A model generated the notes under the pieces. The model had not been told where the DNA came from. It saw nothing but the letters and a program-made list of their open reading frames with translations, and ran no database searches. A program made the translations under genes and the position numbers. A stretch of 63,398 nt of DNA, filler included, from Folioceros fuciformis (Eukaryota), in NCBI GenBank assembly GCA_049999805.1. It is 11 parts of 11 records of this genome, joined end to end, with 100 filler letters (N's around TTAATTAATTAA, not from the genome) between each part and the next. Parts side by side here need not be neighbours in the genome. Positions count along the whole stretch, not along the records: positions 1 to 14,094 come from JBNGIO010000240.1; positions 14,195 to 24,059 come from JBNGIO010000242.1; 9 more parts are not named here. One strand, 5' to 3'. Positions 13,166 to 24,159 of the stretch are shown in pieces. Each line of letters starts with the position of its first letter. Position 1 is the stretch's first letter.

Positions 13166-14094
13166 CCTGACCCGACTACGCCACCGTTCGAAATCACCAG
13201 CTTCACCAAATTCCGTGATGGTTCAGTCCAATCGTTAGACCTCGTTCGGGCAAAGCAAGCACACCCCGAGATGCGGATTCAAGGATCCAAGGATTGAAGG
13301 GAGCGGGGAAAGCCCGCGGCGGCCGCAGGAGAATGAACTACCAGGACCACGTAGCACGTCACGCAAGGAGAGCTCAAATCCGTGCCCCATATGAATAGAA
13401 AACTTAACTCCTAATAAACAGGAGCTCAGATCCCTTGTGACCATAAGTAGGAAGTTATAAAATGTTCCAAACAGAGCTTAAGCATGAGCTTTAGAATCCC
13501 TGCGCCTTCATAATATCTATATGCAATCTTGGCCATTGCACAACCTTCTACCGCCCATCTTAAGGGTTTAAAATAATATGTTCTCTAATATGTTTATGAT
13601 TCTGACAACTAAGCTGGGAATCACACTTACGGATCTAACTAAAAATAATCCTCCTTAGCAAAAGTATCTCCTTAGTACAAGTTAACTTAGACCTCGACAT
13701 ATAACTTCCCTAGTCCCTTGCCGAGAACTGGTGGAGGCAAAAGTTGAAATAAGATCTTTTATCTATAATATATAAAAGAAAATAATATCTAGAGTCATAA
13801 ATAACATAGAAGAATTAACTTCAATGTGCCAGTTGTAATTTTTGTTTTTGGACTGGTCCCTGTTTTTCCTTTGGTCCTATGCTCTCTGTTTGAGGTACAT
13901 GTCATATAAACAAACATGGAGGCCTCGATATCGCCAGTAGGACAAAAAGCGTGTAGGCCTGTAAGGTATTCGTGGTATACGGTATCGAGAAGAAGAACTA
14001 CTAAAGGGAAACACAAGTTATTCACAAACTAGAATCAACGACGACTAGGTAGGGCCGTGTTGCTGCTAGACGATGCTTGGGGGAACTCGGGGGA

Positions 14095-14194
14095 NNNNNN
14101 NNNNNNNNNNNNNNNNNNNNNNNNNNNNNNNNNNNNNNTTAATTAATTAANNNNNNNNNNNNNNNNNNNNNNNNNNNNNNNNNNNNNNNNNNNN
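14095..14194. other. Artificial contig spacer (44 N + TTAATTAATTAA + 44 N); also at 24060-24159, 31562-31661, 32949-33048, 37625-37724, 39779-39878, 52787-52886, 54689-54788, 57770-57869, 61850-61949
   Basis: The identical 100-bp N-padded linker occurs ten times; TTAATTAATTAA puts stop codons in all six frames. Confidence 0.98.
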
Positions 14195-14453
14195 GCCCCT
14201 CACCACTGCACCTGCAGACCCAATCGGCGCCCAAGGGAGGACTGCTTTGTCCACGGTTTTTCTAAGGATGATTTGGTCCCTGGGGCCTCCTCATCTCCGT
14301 GCCTGTCCCCAATGATACTTTGCCCCTTGGCTCCCATTCCCCGTTCGATGCTGTCAGAACTAATCAGCTTCCATGGGGAATTGAGGGGGATTTGGGAGGA
14401 GGCGCAGATTTGCATCATTTGCCCACAGCAGGACAGAGCGCCCGCGCTTGTTG

Positions 14454-14558
14454 ATCCAAATCCTGGAATCACGCACACTTCGAACCTGCTGCGTGCGCTG
14501 CAGCGATCCAATTCCTGGAATTGCGCACACTTCGAACCTGCTGCGTGCGCTGCAGCGA
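14454..14558 (+). repeat. Two-copy ~52-bp tandem duplication upstream of the Copia gag
   Basis: atccaa(a/t)tcctggaat..cgcacacttcgaacctgctgcgtgcgctgcagcga occurs twice in tandem. Confidence 0.8.
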
Positions 14559-15063
14559 GCTGAGGCGGAGCGCGCCCTCGCCATGGGGCGCGCCCAAGTG
14601 GAAGGGGCACCCCCAAAGCGAAGCGACAAGTTAAGTTGTCGCTTCGATAAGTTACACCCCCTTTCACACCCAAGCGGTGCATACCCCGCCTTTTCGGAAC
14701 CGGTTCCACCTGGTACCTTTTCACACTTGGACTTGTCCCTTCGGAGATTGACACCTGCTCCTGGCTATGCGGACTACGAAACTGGCCTCGAACACCCTCC
14801 ATATGTGAAGATCGAGCCCATTGACCGCGCCTCACAATTATGGGATCAGCTCCAAGGAGGATGCGCCACCGAGGAGTTGTTGCATATTGTTTTTCATCTT
14901 CGCCGCATAACGCAAACGGAGATTTAAAGCCCGCAAGGATCCCACCTGCCCACTACGCCGGGGTCCTGAGTACCCTAGGTTAATTCCTTCGACATTAGGA
15001 CTTCACCAGGTGTCTAGAAGGGCCTCTCTTTGAACAAGTGTATTTTCCTATACTCTATATAAA

Positions 15064-18000
15064 ATGTTTACTAACGACTCTCTAAGTAAGCTGGTCAATT
15101 TCTTCTATGGCACCAACTACCCATCGTGGAGTCGTAAGATTGAGGTCTTTCTCCTCCGAGAAGATCTGTTCAGCGTTGTGGATGGCAGTGAGCCGCGTTC
15201 TTCAACTCCACCTCCTACACAAGGAGGCACGACTTACCATACCCCTACCTCAGGCCCGGTAGCAAGCAAGTATGGGATTCTTTGGACCAGCGAGCACGCG
15301 CCAACTGAATGTTGTAAATGAAGGACGCTCAAATGAGCGTCTTTCAGCATCTCCCAACTTCCAAGGAGGTCTGGGACTGCTTGAAGAAGAAATATGTTTT
15401 CGACAACGCCGTGAACAAGGGTTACATGACACGGAAGTTCTATTCTCTCCGCATGTCTGAGACTGACTCCATTGAGCAGTTCGTGAACAAGTTCATGAAC
15501 TTGAAGGATTCTATGGAGGTTGCCGACACCACTGCCTCGGACCATGATGCCTCTGTTTAGCTGCTTCAGGCAATGCCACCATCGTGGTCCGCCCTTGTAA
15601 TGACTCAGACGACTAACCCTAGGACGCTGGATGAGACTATCTCTCTCCTTCGCCAAGAGGAACAACGAAGGAAGGCTGGAGAGACCTCCAACCCCAAAAG
15701 TATCACCCTATTCTCTGGTGGTCGTCCTAACCACCCAAGAGGCTGATTCAGACAGTGTGGATCCCCCGGCCCGATAGGACCTTCTAACAAAGGTTCCCTT
15801 CCGGGTCCTCGTCCAAACGATCAGCGGAAGCCTGAAACCCATTTCTACTGCAAGATACCCGACCACCACCAACGTGATTGCCGAAAGAGTCTCGCTGATC
15901 TCCGGAAGCAGCCCTCAGCCAACAGCGCCACCACTGGCGCTCGCCTATTTGTCATCTGTCTAAGCATTACTATTGACTCATATATGTGGTTTGTAGACAC
16001 AAGAGCTACTCAACACATGATGGGCCACCATGAATGGTTCGTCACCTTCCAGCCCAATACCATCCAGAGCTTCGTCTACCTCGGCGATGACTCTCGACGC
16101 AAGATTAGGGGCTCAGACACCGTGGCCATCACCTTGCCCAATGGTCAAGTACGTGAGCTCCACGATGTTCTCTATGTTCCTCACCTTAGTAAGAATTTGG
16201 TCTCCGTCGGCCAAGCTCTTGAAGCGGGTTACTCTTTTGAATTCGCCCCCACTCTAGTCACTATCTATGACCTGACCCGTTAGCTTATCTGCACATCTCA
16301 GCAACTCGGAAGGCTGTTTATTTTAGGTACAAGCCTTAGCTACCATATTAGCGAGGTTCTCTCTAGACCAAAGCGTAGTAGCATATCTCACCCTGTTAGC
16401 TACCTCAATTTGGCTACGTCAGCCTCTACGCTAACTAACCTTTGGCACTTTAGGCTAGGTCGAGCGGGCTTCCAATGTATGAAAATGTCATGCTGTTGCT
16501 GTATGGGAAACAGAGCACCTAAGACTCTATGACTGGATACTGACTAGAGCATCCTGGGCATAAGCCCTGAATGCTGAAATGACTAGATACTGACTGGAGC
16601 ATCTCGGGCATAAGCCCTGATGCTGAAGTGCTTGATGATGTCATGTACATGGCCCATGGATGGCCTGCACATGACATGTATGCCATATATGCATGTGTGC
16701 CATGTATGCATGCATATGGAGATGAAGGATGACATGTGATGTATGTGGACATGTGGCAGGTGATGTGTCATGGCGCATGCAACCTATATGCATGGTTGTG
16801 CATGAAAGGCGCGGTGCTATGCCGCATATATAGATAGCAGATTTATATTAGAAGATATTAGAAAATACATAAAAATCATAAATCAAGGAAAGTAGGATTA
16901 TAAAGTGCCCACCATCGATACGGGTGGACACTTCATCGAGAACTCCTGGGGGTTTTTGCCTATATATGTAGGCACCCAGCCATGGATTCTCGGATTGTTG
17001 ATGTTTGTCTTGTTCCAATAGACAGCCATACTTCGTCCCTGCTGTGTCTTTGTCTCCTAGAGGTTCTTGTGGTTCGTTGCATTGCCAGGTTGGGAGAATT
17101 TTCCAGCTTGATTTCACCTGTTGACGGGTCCCGGGTCTGCCTCTCTTAGGCAAACCTAGTCTCTTTTTGTAGCCTTGCTCTTGGCCATAGGCCAAGGACA
17201 AATTAAGGCTAGGATTGTTGCTCCTGGGCCGAAGGCCAAGGAGATCGCAGGCAGGCGGAAGCTTAGTGACCTAGCTTGGTAGACAGGCTAGGTAGGCATG
17301 CAGCTATGCGGCTGCTGCGCGACAAAAACCCTCCAAGGTTATGTCTCTGGGTTTCCATTGAAATTCGTCTCCAACCTTTCCTTTTGCCCTAGTTGCGCTT
17401 TTGGCGAGCAGTAGCATAAGAAGTTTCCCGTAGGTTCTTCTAGAAGCCCTGAACTCTTAGGTCTCGTTGATACGGACCTCCTCGGCCCTATGCAGACCCC
17501 TTCTCTCCAGGGCTCCCTTTACCAGGTTAGCCTCATAGATGACCATACCCGTTACAGCTGGGTCTACTTCTTAGCCACTAAGTCAGATACCTTCTCTACC
17601 TTCCTTACATGGCAATATGAGGTAGAGTCCCAACTTAGTCGCAAGCTTAAGATCCTCAGGAGTGATGGAGGGGGGGAGTTTGACTCCACCGCCTTCCGTG
17701 CCCACTGTCGGCAGCATGGTATTATCAGGCAAACTACCATCCCTCACACCCCTGAGCAAAATGAGGTCGCTGAGCATCGACATCGCACCCAAGTGGAGAT
17801 GGGTCGCTCTATGCTCAAACTTGCTTCTCTCCCTAACCGGTTTTGGGTTGAAGCCTTGAATACAGCTAACTACCTCCTCAACCGGCTACCCACCAAGGCG
17901 GTTACTTGGAAGACTCCTTACGAAGCATGGACTGGTAGGAGGCCCGACCTCAACCACCTTCGAATCTTCGGCTGCCCTACCTATGTCCACATTCCCAAGA

Positions 18001-20357
18001 CCTTACGTAAGAAGCTTGACTCCAAGTCCTAGGAAGGTATTCTCTTGGGCTACGGTGACACAGTCAAGGCCTATCATGTATACTTGACAAACACATGTCG
18101 TCTAGTCTTTGCTCGCGATGTTATTTCAGTGAGACACTCCTTCTCCTCCCGTCCGGTGTTGGGGAGAACGGACCTTCCTTTGACGTTGCTTCTGCAGATG
18201 TACCCTCCACACCGGTTGACGATACTGTACCCATGGGGGAGGATGAATGGGAGCAGTTCACCACACCCACAGCTTGGCCTCTTGGCCCAGTTGCTGGTCC
18301 TATGGCCCCACTTGCTCCACCCCTCCAGGGCACTCCTCCACAAACCCCTGTGACACTTCCTGCATCGGCCCTAGCTCCATCCAGCGATGATGGCTTAGAT
18401 CTGGACCTCATTAGTCTTTTCTCCTTACCTGAGGATGAAGTAACTCACCCCCCTGATTTATCTCCAATTGCTAACGAGTTCCCACCCCCACGTCATTCAA
18501 CCAGGGTGCGCACTCTTAGCTGGAAGGCCTTAAAGAACCTTGAGCACGATGCTAGTTTCGCTGCTCTCACCTACGCCCAGGCTCTTATGTCCGTGGTGGA
18601 CATAGTTGAGCCCACATCCCTCAAGAACGCTCTATCCAGGCCGCAATCCGCGGAATGGAAGAAGGCTGTAGATGATGAATTCAATTCTCTTAAGGCCAAC
18701 AACACCTGGGGGCTATGTGAGCTACCCCCAGGGCGATCGGCAGTTGATAGTAAGTGGACTTTCGAGATCAATTACACAGTTGACGGCGCCATTGACCACT
18801 ATAAGGCCCGACTCATTGCTCAAGGCTACACCTAGCGACCTGATGCCGACTATGATGCCGATAATCTCTTCTCCCCTATTGTCCAGATTAGCTCATTCCT
18901 TACTATCCTTGCTCTTGCTACCCTTTACGACTGGGAAGTCGTGCAACTGGATGTTAAGACTGCTTTCTTGTATGGCCGTGTCGAGGAGGAGATCTACATG
19001 CGTCAGCCTGAAGGCTATGAAGAGAAAGGTCGTGAGCACCTGGTCTCCCTGCTGTTAGGTAGCATCTATGGCCTCAAGCAATCCGCCAAGAACTGGAATT
19101 TTCTTATGGATGAGACCCTCCTCCAGCTCGGCTTCATCACGTGTCCCTCCAATGGTAACGTTTATATCCTTCGATCTGGGACTGCACCCGTTATTCTCGC
19201 CTTATATGGATGATTGCATTCTTGCTAGCAACGACAAGACAGGTCTCCTCGCCAAAACCATCTTTATGCTCAAGTCCAAGTTTAAGATGGCTAATCTAGG
19301 GGATATTCATTATTGTATCGGGATGAAGGTCACCCGTGATCGTGCTCATAAACTGGTACATCTTAGCCAGACCCAGTACATTAAGAATACCCTAGCTCGT
19401 TTTAGTATGCAAGCCTGCATCCACTCTGCTTGTCGTGGGCTCTCCTTTGTCCTCTGACCAGGCTGCCACGACGGACGAAGAGCGCAAGTATATGGCGACT
19501 GTGCCTTATTAGGTAGCCATTGGATGAATCAACTAGATATGCACTTCCCTACGACCTGACCTTGGCCACTCCGTGCGCGTGCTTGCACAACAGATGGCCA
19601 ACCCAAGTCCCACACAATGGATGGCTCTCAAGCATACCCTACGCTATCTCAGGGGCACCAGCACCCATGGACTCTTGTTCCAAGGCGATCCTGCTTCAGG
19701 TTCTGCCTCTTCTTCCCCTTCTCAACTCTCCGCTTACACTAATGCTGATTCGGGGGGAGACATAGACTCGAAGAAATCACATCAGGCTTCGCTTTAATGC
19801 TGTGGCATAGCTATTGATTGGGGATCTAAGAGGCAGACAGCCATTGCCCTCTCCTCATCGGAGTCGGAGTACATGGCTGCTACCCTTGCCACCAAGCGCG
19901 TTGTGTACAGAGTTCGGCTTCTTGATGAATTAGGGATGAAGCAGCAAAAGCTGAACATCATCAAGATCGACAACTAATTTGCTCTGGCTCTTGTTGGCAA
20001 CCCGAAGTTCAACTCCAGGTCCAAGCACATATATCTCTAGTACGGCTATGTGCGCGAGAAGTCCGTAGCAGGTGAGATCAAACTGGAGTACTGTCCAACT
20101 GAGCAGATGGCCGCCGATATTCTTACCAAGAACCAACCACATGATAAGCATTTATCTTGTATTTCCCTACTAGGAATTTGTCCCCTCTCGGGACAGGATG
20201 CTACATCCATAGTCTAAGGGGGAGTATTAGAACTAGCATCCTAGATATCAAGGAATGGACAGGTGAAGGAACGCGCCCCCTCACCCCAGGACCTATAAAA
20301 ACCCACATGCTTATACTTTGATTACCTTTTTACCTGTAATATTTGCCCAATCTTATA
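15064..20357 (+). mobile_element. Degenerate Ty1/Copia LTR retrotransposon (gag-protease-integrase-RT-RNaseH, PPT, short 3' LTR)
   Basis: Copia domain order: gag GTNYPSWSRKIEVFL (15064), protease WFVDTRATQHM...VLYVPHLSKNLVSV, LWHFRLG, integrase DDHTRYSWVYFL...LRSDGGGEF...TPEQNEVAE, RT YKARLIAQG and QLDVKTAFLYG...IYGLKQS, RNaseH ALSSSESEY and QMAADILTK. PPT AAGGGGGAG at 20216-20224. Multiple stops and frameshifts; no 5' LTR identified. Confidence 0.95.
16486..17324. mobile_element. 839-bp solo-LTR-like insertion nested in the Copia integrase zinc-finger region
   Basis: Begins TGTCATGCTG and ends CTGCGCGACA (TG...CA, imperfect terminal inverted repeat); flanked by AAAA at 16482-16485 and 17325-17328. 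Removing it restores LWHFRLGRAGFQCMKTLQGYVSGFPLKFVSNLSFCPSC. Confidence 0.82.
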
Positions 20358-21592
20358 AAAGGATCATGGGGAAAACGTTCAGCAAATGCAAGAGGAGCGA
20401 TGTGCTTCGTCTTCATTTGTCAGAGTTTGAAGAGCAATGCCGAGACGATCATGGCGTCAAGAATTTCGATAAAGAGCTCAAGAATCGGACAGGGAAAGCC
20501 ATCAACTCGGTGATGAGAGCCAGTCTATCCTGTGGAATCCGCTCCAGATAAGCAAAGCAAGACAGGTTCATCGCAGATTTGGAGATCCTTGCGGAGCACG
20601 TCAGCGCGTACGAGCAGCGCACACACCAAGTGTGGAGAGTCGTCTTCAAGAAGCTCATGCAGCATCCTCACATTGCCAAAGCAACCTGACCTACCTCCCT
20701 ACCTATCTACTTTGTAGGACAGTAGTTCAGATTTTGTAGTTTGATGCATGTTCGAGCAACCGAAAAGAACAAGCACACTCTAAATCTCCGGAGGAAACAT
20801 TTTCACAATTATTTTTTGACTCCGTGGCGTTTCCAGATCCCGTTCCCGTCCCTGTTCAGACGAGACAGGGCTGGCCCCGCGTCAAGGGTATTCTTACGGG
20901 CTAGGGTGGCCAAGTGTCGGAATCTCCCCCGAAGCCTGGCCCTTGCCAGTTAGACGAAGAAGAAGCACGGCTCTCTCTGGGCCTGCCCCTTGCAACCTTG
21001 AAAGGCGGAGCGCCGTGGAAGAGCACTTGTAGTTCCCTTTGGAATTGCTCATCCTTGCTGTCTCCTGCACCTACAGCGATGGTGTTTGGTGGCCGCAGAT
21101 TGAAGGCGGGCACGGGGGCGCACCAACCTAGGCATGCAAGCCGTCAGGCGCCGAGAGAGCCAGGAGCTGGGTTTGGACATCCACATCATGGATCGCAAGG
21201 GGATTGCAAGCTGACGCGGGTCCGCGGGAGGGAGAGGCGCCATGCCTCTCCCGTTGTGGTTTTGAATGTCACTTTGAATTCTAACTATTTGTATTTGCAA
21301 GAGTGCAGATATCAAATGGGTTGGGAACGCAAGGGGGCTTGTAGAAAAGCCTTCATTGAAACTATGGGGTTAAGTTGCATCCGAGAACATAGAAGCTACT
21401 GGGAACAGAGTCGCGGTGTTGGAGCCTCTTGGCAAGAGTGAACTCACAACTTCCTTGGGAAGGGGAAGGAAGGGCGTTGGGTGCACTCCGTTCCTATGGC
21501 TGCCTCCAATATAGACGGGGGGAGGTTGTGACCGGTCCATCCCATCGCTCATTTGCCACGATCCACATTGTGACACATTGTACTTGAATGAC

Positions 21593-22000
21593 CGGCTACT
21601 CCAATATCAAGGCTAGTACTAGATGGATTCCGAAACAGGCTTGGCGAGACGTACGGTGCGGTGAGCGGCGGAGCGTGCGGAGCGGTGAGAGGTGAGTGGT
21701 GTGCGGTGGAGCATGCGGTGCGCGAGACGGTACTGCTGCTTCGTGGGAGCAGGGCGTGTGGAGGTTTGATCGGGGCCTTCTGGTTTTCTGGCAGTGTCAG
21801 TGCTGTATGGAATTCGACGTCGGGTGCAGTGGTGTGTGCCCCCAGATCATGTTGTGCCCCCACATCGGCTACTCCAATATCACGGTTGGTACTAGATGGA
21901 TTGCGAAACAGGCTTGGCAAGGCGTACGGTGCGATGAGCAGCGGAGCATGCGGAGCAGTGAGAGGTGAGTGGTGTGCGGCGGAGCGTGCGGTGCGGTGAG
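21593..22000 (+). repeat. Two diverged ~130-bp direct repeats about 274 bp apart (probably TE-derived)
   Basis: cggctactccaatatca..g.t.gtactagatggatt.cgaaacaggcttggc...gtacggtgcg...tgagaggtgagtggtgtgcgg at about 21593 and 21867. Confidence 0.8.
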
Positions 22001-22559
22001 CGGAGCATGAGAGTCTCAGGTTCGAATCCTACATCGTGTTTGAAGTAAGTCAATATTTTTCCAGGACATTCGATTCTGGTATCAGGGCTATAAAAAGGTT
22101 TTATGATCTCTTATCTGCTAAAGAGATACTAATAGGTAGTCTTAGTGAAGTGAGACAAAGATAGTGCGAGTGAGTAATTGCCAAGTATGTACATATATAG
22201 TCCGATTAAGTAAGATGTATATAGTCCTGGTTAGGTGAGACGTATCCAGATAAGTGGGCGGAAGTGGCATTGACATAGATACCACACCAACTAACATGTA
22301 AATAGCAAGACATGCTAGTGGTTTAGAGATAGCCACAGTCCGAGACGTGACGGACGGTAGAGGGGTCTGTGGCCACAGCCTAAAGTTGAACTCGTGCAAG
22401 CATTGTGTGTAAGCGGGGAATGAAGGGAGAAGGGGCGGAGGTGACGAGCAGCCAAGGCATGGGGGTTTGCGGATGTGCTGACTACGGGGCGTTTGGACAC
22501 ATCATCAGGAACTGGTTCTAAACAGGGGGAAGTTCTTGCAAATGGGCTCCGGAGGGATG

Positions 22560-22730
22560 CACCAGAATGCATGAGACAGAGAATTGAATCAGGGCTTCAA
22601 GGATTGCCTCTCAGGGAAACATTGCCGAATGATGGTTTGGTCGAGTCAGATCTTCTGCTAGCGTTGCCTACTCCTGAAGAAGTGTGGTCCACAGCAATTG
22701 CGAAGGTCAAGCCCAATGACTTATTCACAA
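22560..22730 (+). mobile_element. Possible LINE ORF2 fragment
   Basis: LLALPTPEEVWSTAIAKVKPN resembles the pre-RT LxxPxTxEEVxxA...K(S/A)PG region of non-LTR retrotransposons; only a short match. Confidence 0.25.
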
Positions 22731-23520
22731 ACCAGACACTTGAAAAGGTGGCCTTGGATTCTCAAAGAAAGAAGCTGGATTCCCAGAGGAAAGCTTTGAA
22801 ACGTGCATTGCAAAAGAAAGGTATGAGGAGAAGATCTTCAGAAGACGCGGACATCAAGCAAGGTAGTTGTAGCATAGTCTGTTTCTCTTGATGGATGTTT
22901 TCGTTCTACGAGTTGGGAATTTGTTGGTGGGCCTTTGCCTGGCACACATCTTTCTTGGTCACAACCTGCCACAGGATGAGGACGGGATATTGTGGTATGT
23001 TTTCCAGCTTCACCGTACATCAGTTTCCAGGATGTGATAGTGGAGAGCTCTTTTATGGTTTTACAGTTATTGATCCATCTTGCTATGTCACCTCTGTCAC
23101 GTTTCTTAGGTTCAAGACTTCAATTGGGAAAGCTGGAGAAGAAAATGGCATTTGGGACTGGCCCTGCATATAGCCGACTTGGCATAGTCAAGCATCACAA
23201 CTATCTGGTTGCCCCCTCCTACTGGATATGTCGCACCTCAAGGTTTTATGCCATGTGTATGACTTAAGGGCCCATGCTAACACAACACTGGGGTTCATGA
23301 TGGGGGAGCAAGAGACTAACCTGGGAGCTCTTGAGTTCCAGGCTACATGTCGAGTGATCTTTACAATCTAAACTCAGCGTATCGTACACAGGATGAATTG
23401 AAGACCTGTATTGAAGAGATGCATAATCAAGAGATTCTGGTGATGAGCTGTTTTGAGCACACGACAATGTCTGACTTGACTCCGCATGCATTAGTTCACA
23501 AGTAGCTCGAGTTTTCCCTC

Positions 23521-24059
23521 TGTGGAATGGATCTTGCCCCCAAGAACCACCAAGGGCCACACTTCCCCCTTATTATCATCGTAGTACTAGGGTTCGCTCC
23601 CAAGGGAGTGAACCAGTGTCAAGGTTCCCCACAATCTTCCCCACATTGCCAAATCTAGCCCTATCTGTCAACCGACTCCTAGACCTAACCACACTACAGC
23701 AAAAAGATCAGAACCCCAGTTGAATGAGGGCTCAGCATCATCCTCAGCTCTCACTTCTAGCTCCTGGTATTAGCCGCCTCAGCAGCTAAGAGGGGGCCCT
23801 AGCCCCGGCCTCGACCTCCACTCTCAGCCCTAAATGCCAGCCACCTCTGCAGCTGATTGAGAACTTCAGTACCAGCACAACAACTCCAAACTCCAGACCT
23901 CAAGTCTCTACTCCAACACTTGAAGTCCCTACTCCAGCACTTCTCCAGCACTTCAAATGTGTGCCCAGCACTTCAGCTCTTCAACCCTTCGCCTCCGCGT
24001 CTCACTCCTGGATTTTGGAACACAGTAGCCCCCCCACTTGCAGTCCTTGAGGCCGGGAT
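23521..24059 (-). mobile_element. LTR-like repeat fragment (same family as 53321-54643)
   Basis: 23606-24059 is a diverged reverse-complement match to about 54215-54643 (e.g. cctagacctaaccacactacagcaaaaagatcagaa; cacttgcagtccttgagg). Possible terminus TGTGGAATGG at 23521; cut by the spacer. Confidence 0.7.
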
Positions 24060-24159
24060 NNNNNNNNNNNNNNNNNNNNNNNNNNNNNNNNNNNNNNNNN
24101 NNNTTAATTAATTAANNNNNNNNNNNNNNNNNNNNNNNNNNNNNNNNNNNNNNNNNNNN

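Noticed and set aside
14139..14150. Recurrent TTAATTAATTAA palindrome (10 times) as a biological motif
   Set aside because: Always centred in 44+44 Ns; it is an artificial contig linker with six-frame stops.
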